In this document: piece after piece, positions 51,337 through 62,366 of the stretch
How the letters are laid out: every line of letters starts with the position of its first letter
Position numbering within the stretch: position 1 is the stretch's first letter
The notes under the pieces: generated by a model
The model's input: only the letters and a program-made list of their open reading frames with translations
Databases searched by the model: none
Told to the model about the DNA's origin: nothing
Program-made: the position numbers and the translations under genes
Assembly (NCBI RefSeq): GCF_018350175.1
Contig: NC_058383.1
Location: 13,766,001-13,830,000, forward strand
Direction: 5' to 3'
Origin: Felis catus
Taxonomy: Eukaryota
DNA: 64,000 bases

Positions 51337-53260
51337 AAGAAATCCATCTATATGTATGAATGTATAAAATATCCCTGGGCAGGGATACTCCTATACGGAC
51401 AGCGACCATAAGAGCATGTTAAATTGCATACAGAAGTTTGAAGGGTGGATGTGCCGTGTTCCTGCCTTTGCCACGGACAGTTGAAGACGGACGCAGGCCC
51501 TAATATGAGCCTTTCTATTTGCCTCCAGTGTGTTTCCATTCCGTTTCTCATATAGAACGTGGTCTATACTTCCTCCCTCTGTTCTCACCACTTCGCTCAC
51601 TTACTAATCGTTAATCTGTGGTCACACCAGCCTTGTTCTGCAGCTCTCTGGCTGTTCATCAAAGACCTGCTGCCTTACCAGCCCTCTCTCTTTCCTCAGT
51701 CCTTGTCTTCCCCGACCTCCGATACGTTTTCCACTTCTGAGTAACCCCCGAACCCCAACTGCCGCCCTACTCCTGGCCATCTTGCCCTTCCTTGGGTCTG
51801 CCGTGACGCTTTGCTGACCTCACATCGCTCTTTCTGTGGCTCGTTCCCCGGCCCGGGCAGCGCAGACGCCATCCCAGGTATTGTCCTTGGCTGTGCTTTC
51901 TTCCCACTACACGGTGGTGCCCTGGTAAGTCACACCCTGTCGTCTCCGCAGAGGACACCTTCACTCCTCAGTGACTCTGAGCCCTCTCTTCGGTGTCCAG
52001 TCTTGAGTCCCTGCCCACAGCCGGGCTTGGATCTCAGTATTTTGGACTCCTCTCGTCCCAAGCAATTTCTCGATATTCCCCAGCGAGCCTCGTCATGCTT
52101 CTGTGCTCCTGATTTTGACTGGTTCCCCAAGCTTTAACTCTCCTCGCCTCCCCTCCTTATCCGCCTCCTTGCCTCTTCAGGGTTTTCCTCACCTTACCTA
52201 GACCCCATTTCTACTGCCTTCTCCTGGTGGATGCGCCTTCTTCCCGAAAGTCCCATTCTCAATGCCATCATGGCCCGCTTTCTTTCTCTGACTGTTTTTC
52301 TTCTCTCCTTTCTTCTAGTTTAAGGGCCCTAAGGACCAGTAACATGTTTCCCTCGGTTTGGCTTGTTTGTTTGTTTGTCTGTTTTGGCACATAGTTCATC
52401 ATCAGTGTAAGTAGTCTTAACGATGGATCATACAGTGGGCTACGCCCTGTTGGAGTCAAGGAAAGGCTTCGTTGAGATTAAGAGGCTAACTGACCTCACC
52501 TCTTGCCTCACCTGTTAGCTCTGCTTCAGAGTGGTACCTAAGGGAGCAAGCAGGACAGTAACAGATACGTGTACTAAGAGTTTTCTGTGCGCCAGGTACT
52601 GTTCTAGCTAACTGAACCCTCAGCGGCTCTGGAGTAGGAATGTTATACTTTCCATCTACAGATGAAGGAACAGTGACAAGTCGAATACTGTGCTATATGG
52701 TCAGCTGGCTGAGTGCCTCCTGCCTCCAAATGAGCCTCTCTGCAATCCCTGGTGGATAAGTAAGTGCCCCCGGCTCCGAGCAGGCCCTCTCCTTTTCCCT
52801 TAGCCCAGTGTCACTCTTGACCGACCACCAAGCCCCAGGCAACTTCCAGGGCCCCTCAGCTGAGCTGAGTCATCACGAGTCCTGGAAGCAGAAAGAACGA
52901 AGCGTGTGCGGACTTTTTAAACACACGTGTGGCTTTTCAGCTCACTGGGACCCGGTCCCAGTAGACGGGACCCAATCGCAGTCTCCGATGCTGACCACTC
53001 AGACCAGCAGCCATGAGGAAAAGTGCCAGAAGGAAATCTGGAAGAGGTTGCCTTCCCCACCCCCACCCCCAAACACCAAGTGGGTGTCTTAATACAGCTC
53101 AAGAGGGAGGAGAGATAAAGTCATTGTGGCCAAGTGTTACCAGTAGAGGGATATAAGTGAAGAGTGGGGAGGGGGGCAGGGTTAGGCATTATTCCTGCCA
53201 CCCTTTCATCTTTTCCGTGAGGGTGAGACTTTTCAAAATAAAAGGTTGGGAAACTTTTTT

Positions 53261-53481
53261 TTTTTTTAATTTTTTTTTCAACATTTATTTATTTTGGGGA
53301 CAGAGAGAGACAGAGCATGAACGGGGGAGGGGCAGAGAGAGAGGGAGACACAGAATCGGAAACAGGCTCCAGGCTCTGAGCCATCAGCCCAGAGCCCGAC
53401 GCGGGGCTCGAACTCACGGACCGCGAGATCGTGACCTGGCTGAAGTCGGACGCTTAACCGACTGCGCCACCCAGGCGCCCC
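53261..53481 (-). mobile_element. Young SINEC_Fc-type Can-SINE
   Basis: TSD gggaaactttttt 53248-53260 / 53482-53494; nearly identical to the 28864 copy. Confidence 0.97.
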
Positions 53482-54068
53482 GGGAAACTTTTTTAAAGAG
53501 TTAAAAAAAAAAAGTCATCATAAGGATGGGGGTCCACAAAAAACGCACGAGGAGGCGGCCTGAAGTCAGGGGTTTTCTGGTCCATCCACAGGGAGTGCCA
53601 GGAGAGAAGGAAAAAGGTGGAATTTGAGACATATCGTGCTTCTTAGGGGAATGCTCAGCCTGTGCCCAAGAGGCTAATTTAAAACTAAATCTTATCCCTG
53701 GATCCCACAGTCCTTAATGTGACCCAAACTTTCCATTACCAAATTCTGAGGATTTAAACCCTGATACAGTGTGCTTGAATCTGGAATCTGTCTCATCAGT
53801 TAAAGATCTATCCTATTGAGGCCACATGTGTCTGTGCAATAAGTTCTTTTCAAGCCAAACTTCCATGTTAAAAAAAAAAAAAAAATGTCCTGAGAGGAAA
53901 TTCATGTGGTCCTTTTCCCCTTCAAGCCCAGTTCAGGCTATTTATTGTTTTATTTGATTGTCGAGAAGTCAGAAATGACTAAATTGGTTCCCAATGTGGT
54001 GTGCACATTGCCTTGGCCAGGAATGGTCTGATGAAGACAAAAGCCAGCTTCACATTTGGTGGTGTCCT

Positions 54069-54069
<1 letters not shown>

Positions 54070-54122
<53 letters not shown>
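54070..54122. repeat. (TG)n microsatellite
   Basis: direct reading. Confidence 0.95.
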
Positions 54123-54128
<6 letters not shown>

Positions 54129-54650
54129 CACGAGCACATGCAGGGGGGTTAGGGCAGGGTGTGTATTTTCTTTCTTTCTTTCTGAGCTCCTTCCCCTGTA
54201 GATTTCAGATTAAAGAGTACGTGATGACACATTTACCCTTTTGGTGTTGCTTTTAAAGCATAAAGCTGACAAATATGTTTAATGGGCCCGTGGTACCAAG
54301 TGACAGCCGCCCAGAGCCTGAGAGGCCCACTTTGTCCCGACTCTTTTGATGAGGAAGTTAAATTGTACTCACCAGTTGGAAGGATTAAATGCAAACCATA
54401 GCATACTTCGGACATTTCAGTGATTTATCAGGAAATTCTAAAAGAGTGGGAACCCCAGACAAAATAAGTCAAACAGTATGTCCCACGGAGATAACAACGT
54501 AACCTCCAAACAAATGGAAGAAGGATAATGTTATTTTCCACCGCAGAGACTGTTCTCTGTTTATAATCTAGATAGTAGATCGTAGAGAATCACAAAACCT
54601 TACGTATGGAAGATAGCAGGAGAGAGAATATTTGTCCCAACCTATATGCA

Positions 54651-54860
54651 TTTTTTAATGTTTATTTACTTTTGAGACAGAGAGAGACGGAGCATGAAGT
54701 GGGGGGCGGGGTCAGAAAGGGGGAGACACAGAATCCGAAGCAGGCTCCAGGCTCCGAGCTGTCAGCCCAGAGCCCGACGCGGGGCTCGAACCCACAGACC
54801 GGGAGATCATGACCTGAGCCGAAGTCAGATGCTTAACCGACTGAGCCACCCAGGCGCCCC
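54651..54860 (-). mobile_element. Can-SINE
   Basis: TSD ccaacctatatg 54637-54648 / 54861-54872. Confidence 0.94.
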
Positions 54861-57069
54861 CCAACCTATATGGGTTTTAATGGTGAAGAGGAGCTTTAGT
54901 GACTTAGACCCAAGGCCACAACTGGTGGGGACTGAACCTGTTCTAAAACCCAGATTGCCTGACCTTGCTGATGTGGTACAGTACTCTTCCAAGCACCTCA
55001 CCTCCGCCGTAATGGTCTTCAGTAGCCCTGCAACCAGTTATTAAAACTCACCAGAGCCAGTGAGGATCAGGTCAGTTCTCTAATCCCCGTATAGGTCAGT
55101 TATTTGCAATCATTTTCCTGGCCTTAAGTTGTGCCTTTAAACCTAGCCAGTCATTTCACAAATGCATGTTGTCAGCTGTAAGTGAGCCCCGGGAACGGAG
55201 AGAAAATCCATCACCACTCACGAACGGAAAAACAACTCAGAGCACACGACGTGGTTGAATGTTGTTTGTAGCTTGATCTTTATATAAGAAGGACAGCATC
55301 GTACATGAAAATAAAAGCTACCAGCCAAGCAACTGTCTTCTCACCAACGTCCCCTTCTGCAAGAAAACTCGCTGGGAAATAAATCACATTCTTTACCAGC
55401 AGCACAAAGGAAAGTCTTGTTACTTAGAGGCGAGTGGCTATTTGAAAGCCTGGCTACAATTTTCCTGTTTTACTAACACTTGTAATTAAATCCGTCAACT
55501 CCCTCTAAGATTCTGTGTAAATACCAGATGCTCACTACATTTTTTTTTCCTCCTGGAGAATGTGCAAAGTTGTACACCAACAGTAGAGGAACTTCAGAGG
55601 AGGCACAGACCTGGGTGAAAGTGAGCCCGTGACCAGCCTCCCTGTGAATCGCGCACCCCACGGAGCAAGCCCCTTCCTCGTCCACGGTGGCAGTGGCTTC
55701 AGGAGCAGATGGCCCTAAGTGGGGCGTGGCAGGCCTGGCGGGAGGCACTTGAGGAAGGGAAGGAAGGCCAAGCCTCTCCTCCCTGCGCGGTCGCAGCCTG
55801 CTTTTCATGTGCTGTGGACACAGCCCAGCCAGCTGTCACTTGAATTCATGCACTTGATCGTATGGGGATCAGAGGAGGAAGTCTGGGACGGGGATGGCTC
55901 AGGACAAAACCCACCCTCCCTACGAGGGGGTGAGAAAATCCTCTTCCGGCACCTGCATTCCTCAAGGGGGAATTAGATACATACTACCTCCCCCCACCCC
56001 TTTTCTATAAAAGAAGTGTAACTTTTCTGTCCCAGAGGTAGGTCTACTGTTTTCAGCAGTAGGCAAAGCAGCCCCCCTGGGGTTTTCCAGAATTAAATGT
56101 AGGTGCATAGAGTTGTCATTACCCAAAGAGGAAGCTCAGAAAGTGTTAAGTGAATCACGAGAGAGGGAATCTGCATACCTGCTGGTGTTTAAATTGCAGT
56201 GTCTGGAGTGTGGGTTTCTTGGCATTTGCAACGTAAAAACTCGGAAAGGGTGGTCTCCCTCCCTCCCCCGCTCCTCCCCCCCCCCCACCCACTCGGTCCC
56301 AGCAGATTCACTCCGAGGTCTGTGAATTTACTTAAAAATATTTAATGCTTCCAAAAAGTATTAGCCAAGTATTTCTGTCACGTGAGCAACCCCCAGCCCC
56401 ACGGGTTTTGTTGGGCGGACAGCCACACGGGGGGCTGTGTTCCCTAACCGCGGGTTTTAGGGAGCCGGCGAAGGCTGTCTCGAATGTGTGAGTCCATGGG
56501 AGGGAGTGGGTGTTAAACACTTGGAGCCCTGGCCCATGCCCGCCTCAGCTACTTTCAGTTTCTATTTGAAAGCAAAAATCACAAAAGAGCTGTCAGGTGG
56601 CGGCTGTGCGTTTGGTGGCAACGAGGATTCCAGATTTTATGCTAATTCGGCTTCAGGTTCCTTTGAACCTGCAGCTTCATGAGGCTGTGCTTAAAACTGC
56701 AATCTGTTTTAGATAAAAGAAGGGATTACTAAAGACTTTTTAGTTTTGCAAACATTCACAGCCTCCAAAAGGAAAGGGAGAGATCAGATTTGTTCTTGCA
56801 TTAACATTGTCACGTTAAGTTTTCTTCTACTTTATCAAATAGAAAACTTTTCCCTATTTCGGCAGAGACTTTTCTTATTTCAGGATTTTCCCACTTCCGT
56901 TAATTATCTTTATTTCAGTAGCATTCCTCTTTTACCCTCAAGATCCCCCCCGTCATTCCCTTACAGGGGCCAGGAAGCAGAGGTGACGGCTCATGGATGT
57001 GTCTCATCCTGGCGTGTGTTCATCTGCTTCCTTTTTCGGAACGTTGGGGCATGACCCAGATGGCTGTCT

Positions 57070-57563
57070 CCATTACCTGTGACTTTGTAAGAGACTACAA
57101 ATGTAACACCTCAAAACACAATTATTTGCTCAGAGTTCTGTAGGACTGTACAGAAACCATTGCTCTCAGGTCCACAGGGCTTCAACTAAGGCAGGCTCAA
57201 CAGGGCCAGGGGAGCCAAAGCCAAGATGTTTAGTCGCATGGCCGGCATGTCGTTCCTGGCTGGGGGCTGGGGACCCAACCAGGTCTTTGGTCCTGATGCC
57301 AGAATTCTCTGTGTGGGTCGGCTTGGGCTTCCTCACAACGTGGCGCCCAGATTCCAAGAAGAAAGAAGCAGAAAGTTGCCAGGCCTTCTTAACGCCTAAG
57401 CTCCGAAGTCCCACAGCATCGCTCCCTCCACATTTTTCTGGTCAAGAGAGTTGCAGGCCCAGCCCAGATTCCAGAATAGAGGACACAGGCTCTACCTGCT
57501 CGTGGGAGGTTAGCATGCACGCACAGAAGTATTAGAGGCCATATTTAGAGTGTGGCTACCCCA
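57070..57563. mobile_element. MaLR solo LTR (MLT1H-like)
   Basis: aattatttgctcagagttctgtagg...gcttgggcttcctcacaacgtggc...gaagcagaaagttgccaggccttctt...ggcccagcccagattcc. Confidence 0.7.
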
Positions 57564-59792
57564 GTGGTTGGTAGTTTAATTCATAGTCAGTTTTCAAGAG
57601 AATTGACACGTGTTCTATTGTTAGCATTATGACAGCCGGTCAGGGGGTGGGGGGGCGGGTTCTCTATTCTGTGAAACCCTAAGCTGGTGGCAGTGTGTGG
57701 AAAGGACTATACAGTTTATTTTTGAGATAATGTCTCCATTCTTTTATTTTACATGTTTAGTTGGCAAAGATGGGGTCATCCATTCTTAACTCATTGACCT
57801 AACCACTCTTCATGGACCATCTACCACAGAGAAGGCATTCTATGGGGAATAGTGATGGGGGAGGGGGGCGGGGGGGTGTTAGAGCACAGTCCTGGCCCTT
57901 AAGGCATTGAATCTTGGCCCTCCAAAGCAGCATCTTGAGACCACTAAGGAAATTTAACCCCCTAAAGGATGACAGTGTCCGGAGGTGGGCCAAGAAGCAG
58001 GTAATACATGTCAGACATCGTCTTGAATGTATTTCCCTAAGGAACCCTTCAAGACAACCTATAGTTTGGAGCAGAAGAAATTGCTGATTCAGTTAATTTG
58101 CAGCAAAGCTCTGTAATTGGAGATCATACAGGACCGGAGAGGAATTAACAGGTCTTGGTAGGCGTGCAGGCTGGCCCTCACCCCTAAGTAACCTCAGTGT
58201 ATGATCATAGCAGCTGGCATTCGTATAGCCCTTGACCATTTCCAAAGTATGTTCATGTGATTCGTAAAGGCACAGAGACAGAGCCTATTGTACTGGCCAT
58301 GTTAGACTTTTCCACTCCATACTGACAGCCTGCAAGGCCCAGGGAGAACAGCTAAGATTGGAGTAAGGGCAAAAAATCAGAAACAGTCGTCAACAGGAAT
58401 GCTTTCAGGAAAGCTAAACCAAGGGAATTCTTTGATATTCTAGCTGCCCACATAGTACCCCAGCAACTGTATGAGTCACCAAAACAGAAGAAGCAAATGT
58501 TGCATTCTTGCTCAACAAGAATTTCTGCAAATAAATATTTGGACCATCAGGATACTACAAAATGAAGCTAAGAGGGTAGCACAGAAGCTTTGTTAGGTCC
58601 GTGTGTGTTAGTAGACGGGGGGAGTAGAATTTCCAGGACCCTCGAGATTATTGATACTTTGAGGTAACATTTTTCCAGGGAGAAAGGGCAAACCCCTTGG
58701 GAAAAGGCTGTAGGGAAAGAAAGGCTAACGTGCATTGCAGTTGGCCACCATTTCTCACGTTACTTTTGCAGATGACCTTCGTCTAGGGTGTCCGTCACCT
58801 TTCAAACGACGAAACGTCGGAAGGTCAACTACTCACCTGTCCTGCTTCTGTTAGCACAGCTTCAGCAGCTTGTACCACGACCCTTCGGATCTGGGAGCCG
58901 TTCTAGAGTGTAGGTGTCAGAGTTTAGTTTGACTTCGATCTAGAACTGGCATATTCTAGATCGCAACAGGCATTGAGAGTATGTGCAGTTCCAGGTTCGG
59001 CCAACGGAATGGGGAACGGAGACTCCCCCTGTCACGCGGATGGCCGAACATGGTGTAGTGAGGAAGGCACACTACACTTGATATGCTTGTTAGAACTGCA
59101 GCTCCATATTGGGTCAGGTCTTTAGACCCCAGATTGCAAACACCCATCAGTATGTAATGCTGTGATCGGTGGGGGGAGGGGGGGTGGCCAAGCACAGGTG
59201 AGGGCCGGGGGGGCACGGCCTCATGTTCTTCACTTCATGCACTTGAGCAAAACATGAGATGCCCCTGGGCGACAGGAGCAGAGACTGCACATATTTTTTT
59301 TATTTTTCACCGCCTTTCTCTGTGGGATTGTCAGATTCTGAATATTAATATTTTAATGTAGATTTGGTGGGTAAGTAAGAGATAGTTTATGGTTTTCATA
59401 CTTCTCCCCCCTTCTGTAGTTTATAGTACACTGTGAAGTTTGAAAGTAAAATTCTTTTTCTTGACGTCTACACTTGGAAAATATTTATTCCCCCCTGCGT
59501 CTCAATAGTATGCATCATAAACTAACCCAGTTCGGTTTATTTACTTCCCTCTTGTTGTAGCCCTATGATCAATTGTAGCAACACAGGCATATAATGGTAG
59601 AGGCTTTTGCTTTATGACAGTATGAGCATGAGATATTGTAGCCTCCTTTCGGAGTGATAAGTAATGAACCTTCCATTTTAAAATCACCTATTCGGAAGGG
59701 GTGGGTGGCACAGAGCCAGAGGGGTTTGGGGCCATCCGAGGTTGACTAGCCACTCATCACTAGGGGAGGCGATCGTGATCTACAGTTTAAAA

Positions 59793-60010
59793 TGGGCGTC
59801 GTGGTGGCTTCGTCGGTTAAGGGTCCGACTTCGGCTCAGGTCATGATCTCGCGGATCGTGAGTTCGAGCCCCGCGTCGGGCTCTGGGCTGACAGCTCGGA
59901 GCCTGGAGCCTGCTTCAGATTCTGTGTCTCCCCCTCTCTCTGCCCCTCCCCTGCTCAAGCTCTGTCTCTGTCTCTTTCTCTGTCAAAAATAAATATTTAA
60001 AATAAATAAA
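59793..60010 (+). mobile_element. Can-SINE with atypical 5' head
   Basis: Standard body from gtccgacttcggctcagg onward; head reads tgggcgtcgtggtggcttcgtcgg. Confidence 0.9.
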
Positions 60011-60428
60011 TTCACCTGCCATGGATAAGGAGCAGCAGGCCCCGCAGGGAGACCTCTGCCCTGAGTCTCCCTCCACTTTATCAGGTACCCCAGTGCTTGT
60101 CAGGCACCTTATGAGCAGCCTGGGAAAGCCTTGGCCATGCATTCATTCTCTCACCAGGCAGCTGTTGAGGGAGGCCCCCCAGTACTACGCGGGGTACCGG
60201 CCGGGTAAACAAATTCCAAAATGTGAATTATACCGCAAGAAACCAGGTTGGTTCAGAAAGAAGGCATATGACAGGGAATAGACTAGCATTATATCCTCAC
60301 AAATAGACAGTAAAGTGCTGGGCACTCCAGGCTCACGACTGTTTCTTATGCCATTCCTGTGGTCTGGCGGGAATACAGATGCGCAAGACATAGTTATCGA
60401 ATGGTTGAATCTAAAATCACATTGAGGT

Positions 60429-60634
60429 GGGCGCCTGGGTGGCTCAGTCAGTTAAGCACCCGACTTCAGCTCAGGTCATGATCTCAGGGTCCGTGAGTTC
60501 GAGTCCCCTATCAGGCTCTGTGCTGACAGCTTGGAGCCTGGAGCCTGCTTCAGATTCTGTCTCCCTCTCTGCCCCTCCCTGGCTCTCTCTCTCCCCCCCA
60601 CCCAAGAATAAATAAACATTAAAAAAAAATTTCT
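60429..60634 (+). mobile_element. Can-SINE
   Basis: TSD aatcacattgaggt 60415-60428 / 60635-60648. Confidence 0.94.
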
Positions 60635-61239
60635 AATCACATTGAGGTGGTGAGTATCCCACACAGAGAAGAGGAACAAAAAATTCAAAACACACCTCTG
60701 CACCAGTAAGAAACCATTCCCATAGTCACAGATAAAACCGTAGGCCTGTTTGAGTCAGAAATTACAATTCAGCACGTCAAAATGGCATAATTGGGATGAA
60801 TGCTATTTTACGTTTGAAGAAGTTGAAGCTCTCCCTATTAGGAGGTTGATTACATCTTGCAGCCTGGTGAACTCTTCACAGCATTTTGCTTGACTCGAGA
60901 TTGGATTTTATCATCTATTAAGAAGATCCCACCAGCCTTATTATGGATGTGACCCAAGCTACCCAGTCTCCAGGTTCTGACCCCATCGGAAAGGGTTGGG
61001 GCACCCAGGGTAGTGCCTGTGTGCAGGTGAGGCTCCCCCATGCAGGTGGGGCAGATCATAGCCACCACTTTCTGGATTGGTGTTCTTGATGTTCAAGTGG
61101 TTGTTTTCCTCATCAGTACGGTGGTTCGTATCGAAAGAATCCAGGAGAAGGCGTGGCCAGTGGAATGGACATCGCAGCCATACTAGAATGCGCTTTGGTT
61201 TTGTCGGCCCCCACAGTGATCGAAAAAGAGTGTCACCTT

Positions 61240-61450
61240 CAATCATAATAGCCAACACCTACAGCCCACTTACTAAGTGCCAGGTGGCGTTACTGACAGC
61301 GACTGCAGAGGTGTGGGTACTGTTGGCCACTCATCTTACACACGAGGAAACACGGAGGCACGAAGAGTGAAGAGATTTTTCCCAAGGTGTCCTGGCTCAG
61401 AAGTGATAGGGTGGTGATGTCAGTCAGATGCTGGCTCTTGCCCACTCCCT
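61240..61450 (-). mobile_element. MIR SINE
   Basis: ataatagccaacacctacagcccacttac...acacgaggaaacacggaggcac...cccaagg. Confidence 0.65.
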
Positions 61451-61642
61451 AAAGAATGAACAGAAACTTGTGTTTCCAAAGCTTGAAGGGCTTTAGAATT
61501 TGAAGAAATCTAGCTCCTAGAGACACTGAAATAACCCAGGTGGGGTGACCTTTCCCCAGGCCAGTTGGAGACAGAACGCCTGGGTTATCGCTCGACTTTA
61601 GTGGCCTTCTTATACCACATCATTTGAAGTATAGAAACCCAA

Positions 61643-61743
61643 GGGGTGCCCGCCTGGCTCTGTCAGTAGAGCCTGCGACTCTTGATCTTGAGGTCATGAG
61701 TTTGAGACCCACACTGGGTGTACTTTAAAAAAAAATAACAAAA
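61643..61743 (+). mobile_element. Short tRNA-Lys-like old Can-SINE monomer with A-tail
   Basis: gcccgcctggctctgtcagtagagcctgcgactcttgatcttgaggtcatgagtttgagacccacactgggtg is colinear with tRNA-Lys(CTT); no (CT)n. Confidence 0.8.
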
Positions 61744-61950
61744 GGGGCACCTGGATGTCAAAGTACATTGAGCGTTCCACTCTTGGTCTCGGCTCTGATC
61801 ATAATCTCACAGTTCATGAGTTCAAGCCCCACATCGGGCTCCGCACTGACCATGCCAAGCCTGCTTGGGATTCCCTCTCTCTCTCTCTGTCTCTCTCTCT
61901 CTTAAAAAAAAAAAAAATTAAAAAAAAAAAAGAACTTTAAAAATAAAACA
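61744..61950 (+). mobile_element. Old Can-SINE
   Basis: ggggcacctgg head, gagttcaagccccacatcgggctc, (CT)n, A-tail. Confidence 0.88.
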
Positions 61951-62309
61951 TCAAATATAAAGGCTTCCTCTTTCCTTGAACTCCACCCACCGAGTCACCC
62001 ACCCCATGTTCTGTCAGGGAGTGCCTGAAGTTCATTATCTTTAGGAGTGAGAACACCATACAGTTGAGAAGCTGTTTCTATATAAGATGCTCCACAGAAG
62101 GCCAGAATTTGTAAGAAATAATTTACCAAAAATGGTTGAATCTCAGCCTGGTAACTTGTGTTACAAATTGAATCAAAGCACATTTTAGGCTTTAGAACTT
62201 AGCCATTTTACATTGATGTAGAAGAAGCACCATTAGTTTTCAAATCTTGTTTATCTCTAGATGGATTTTGAGATTGAAAGATGATTCCATATTTTAATTT
62301 AGCTTGGGC

Positions 62310-62310
<1 letters not shown>

Positions 62311-62362
<52 letters not shown>
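62311..62362. repeat. (TG)n microsatellite
   Basis: direct reading. Confidence 0.95.

Positions 62363-62366
<4 letters not shown>

Noticed and set aside
3315..53504. Recurring peptides such as QRETEHERGRGRERGRHR and MAQSVKRPTSAQ
   Set aside because: Translations of Can-SINE copies, not a gene family or repeat-spacer array
57586..57607. Hairpin containing TTCAAGAGA, the common shRNA loop
   Set aside because: Stem is short and wobble-rich with no Pol III cassette; coincidental
58765..58830. Hammerhead ribozyme (three-way junction with GAAA)
   Set aside because: No CUGANGA core in the required junction position
61648..61720. Functional tRNA-Lys gene
   Set aside because: Broken stems, mutated B box (gagtttgaga), extra GGGGT leader and A-tail indicate a retroposed copy
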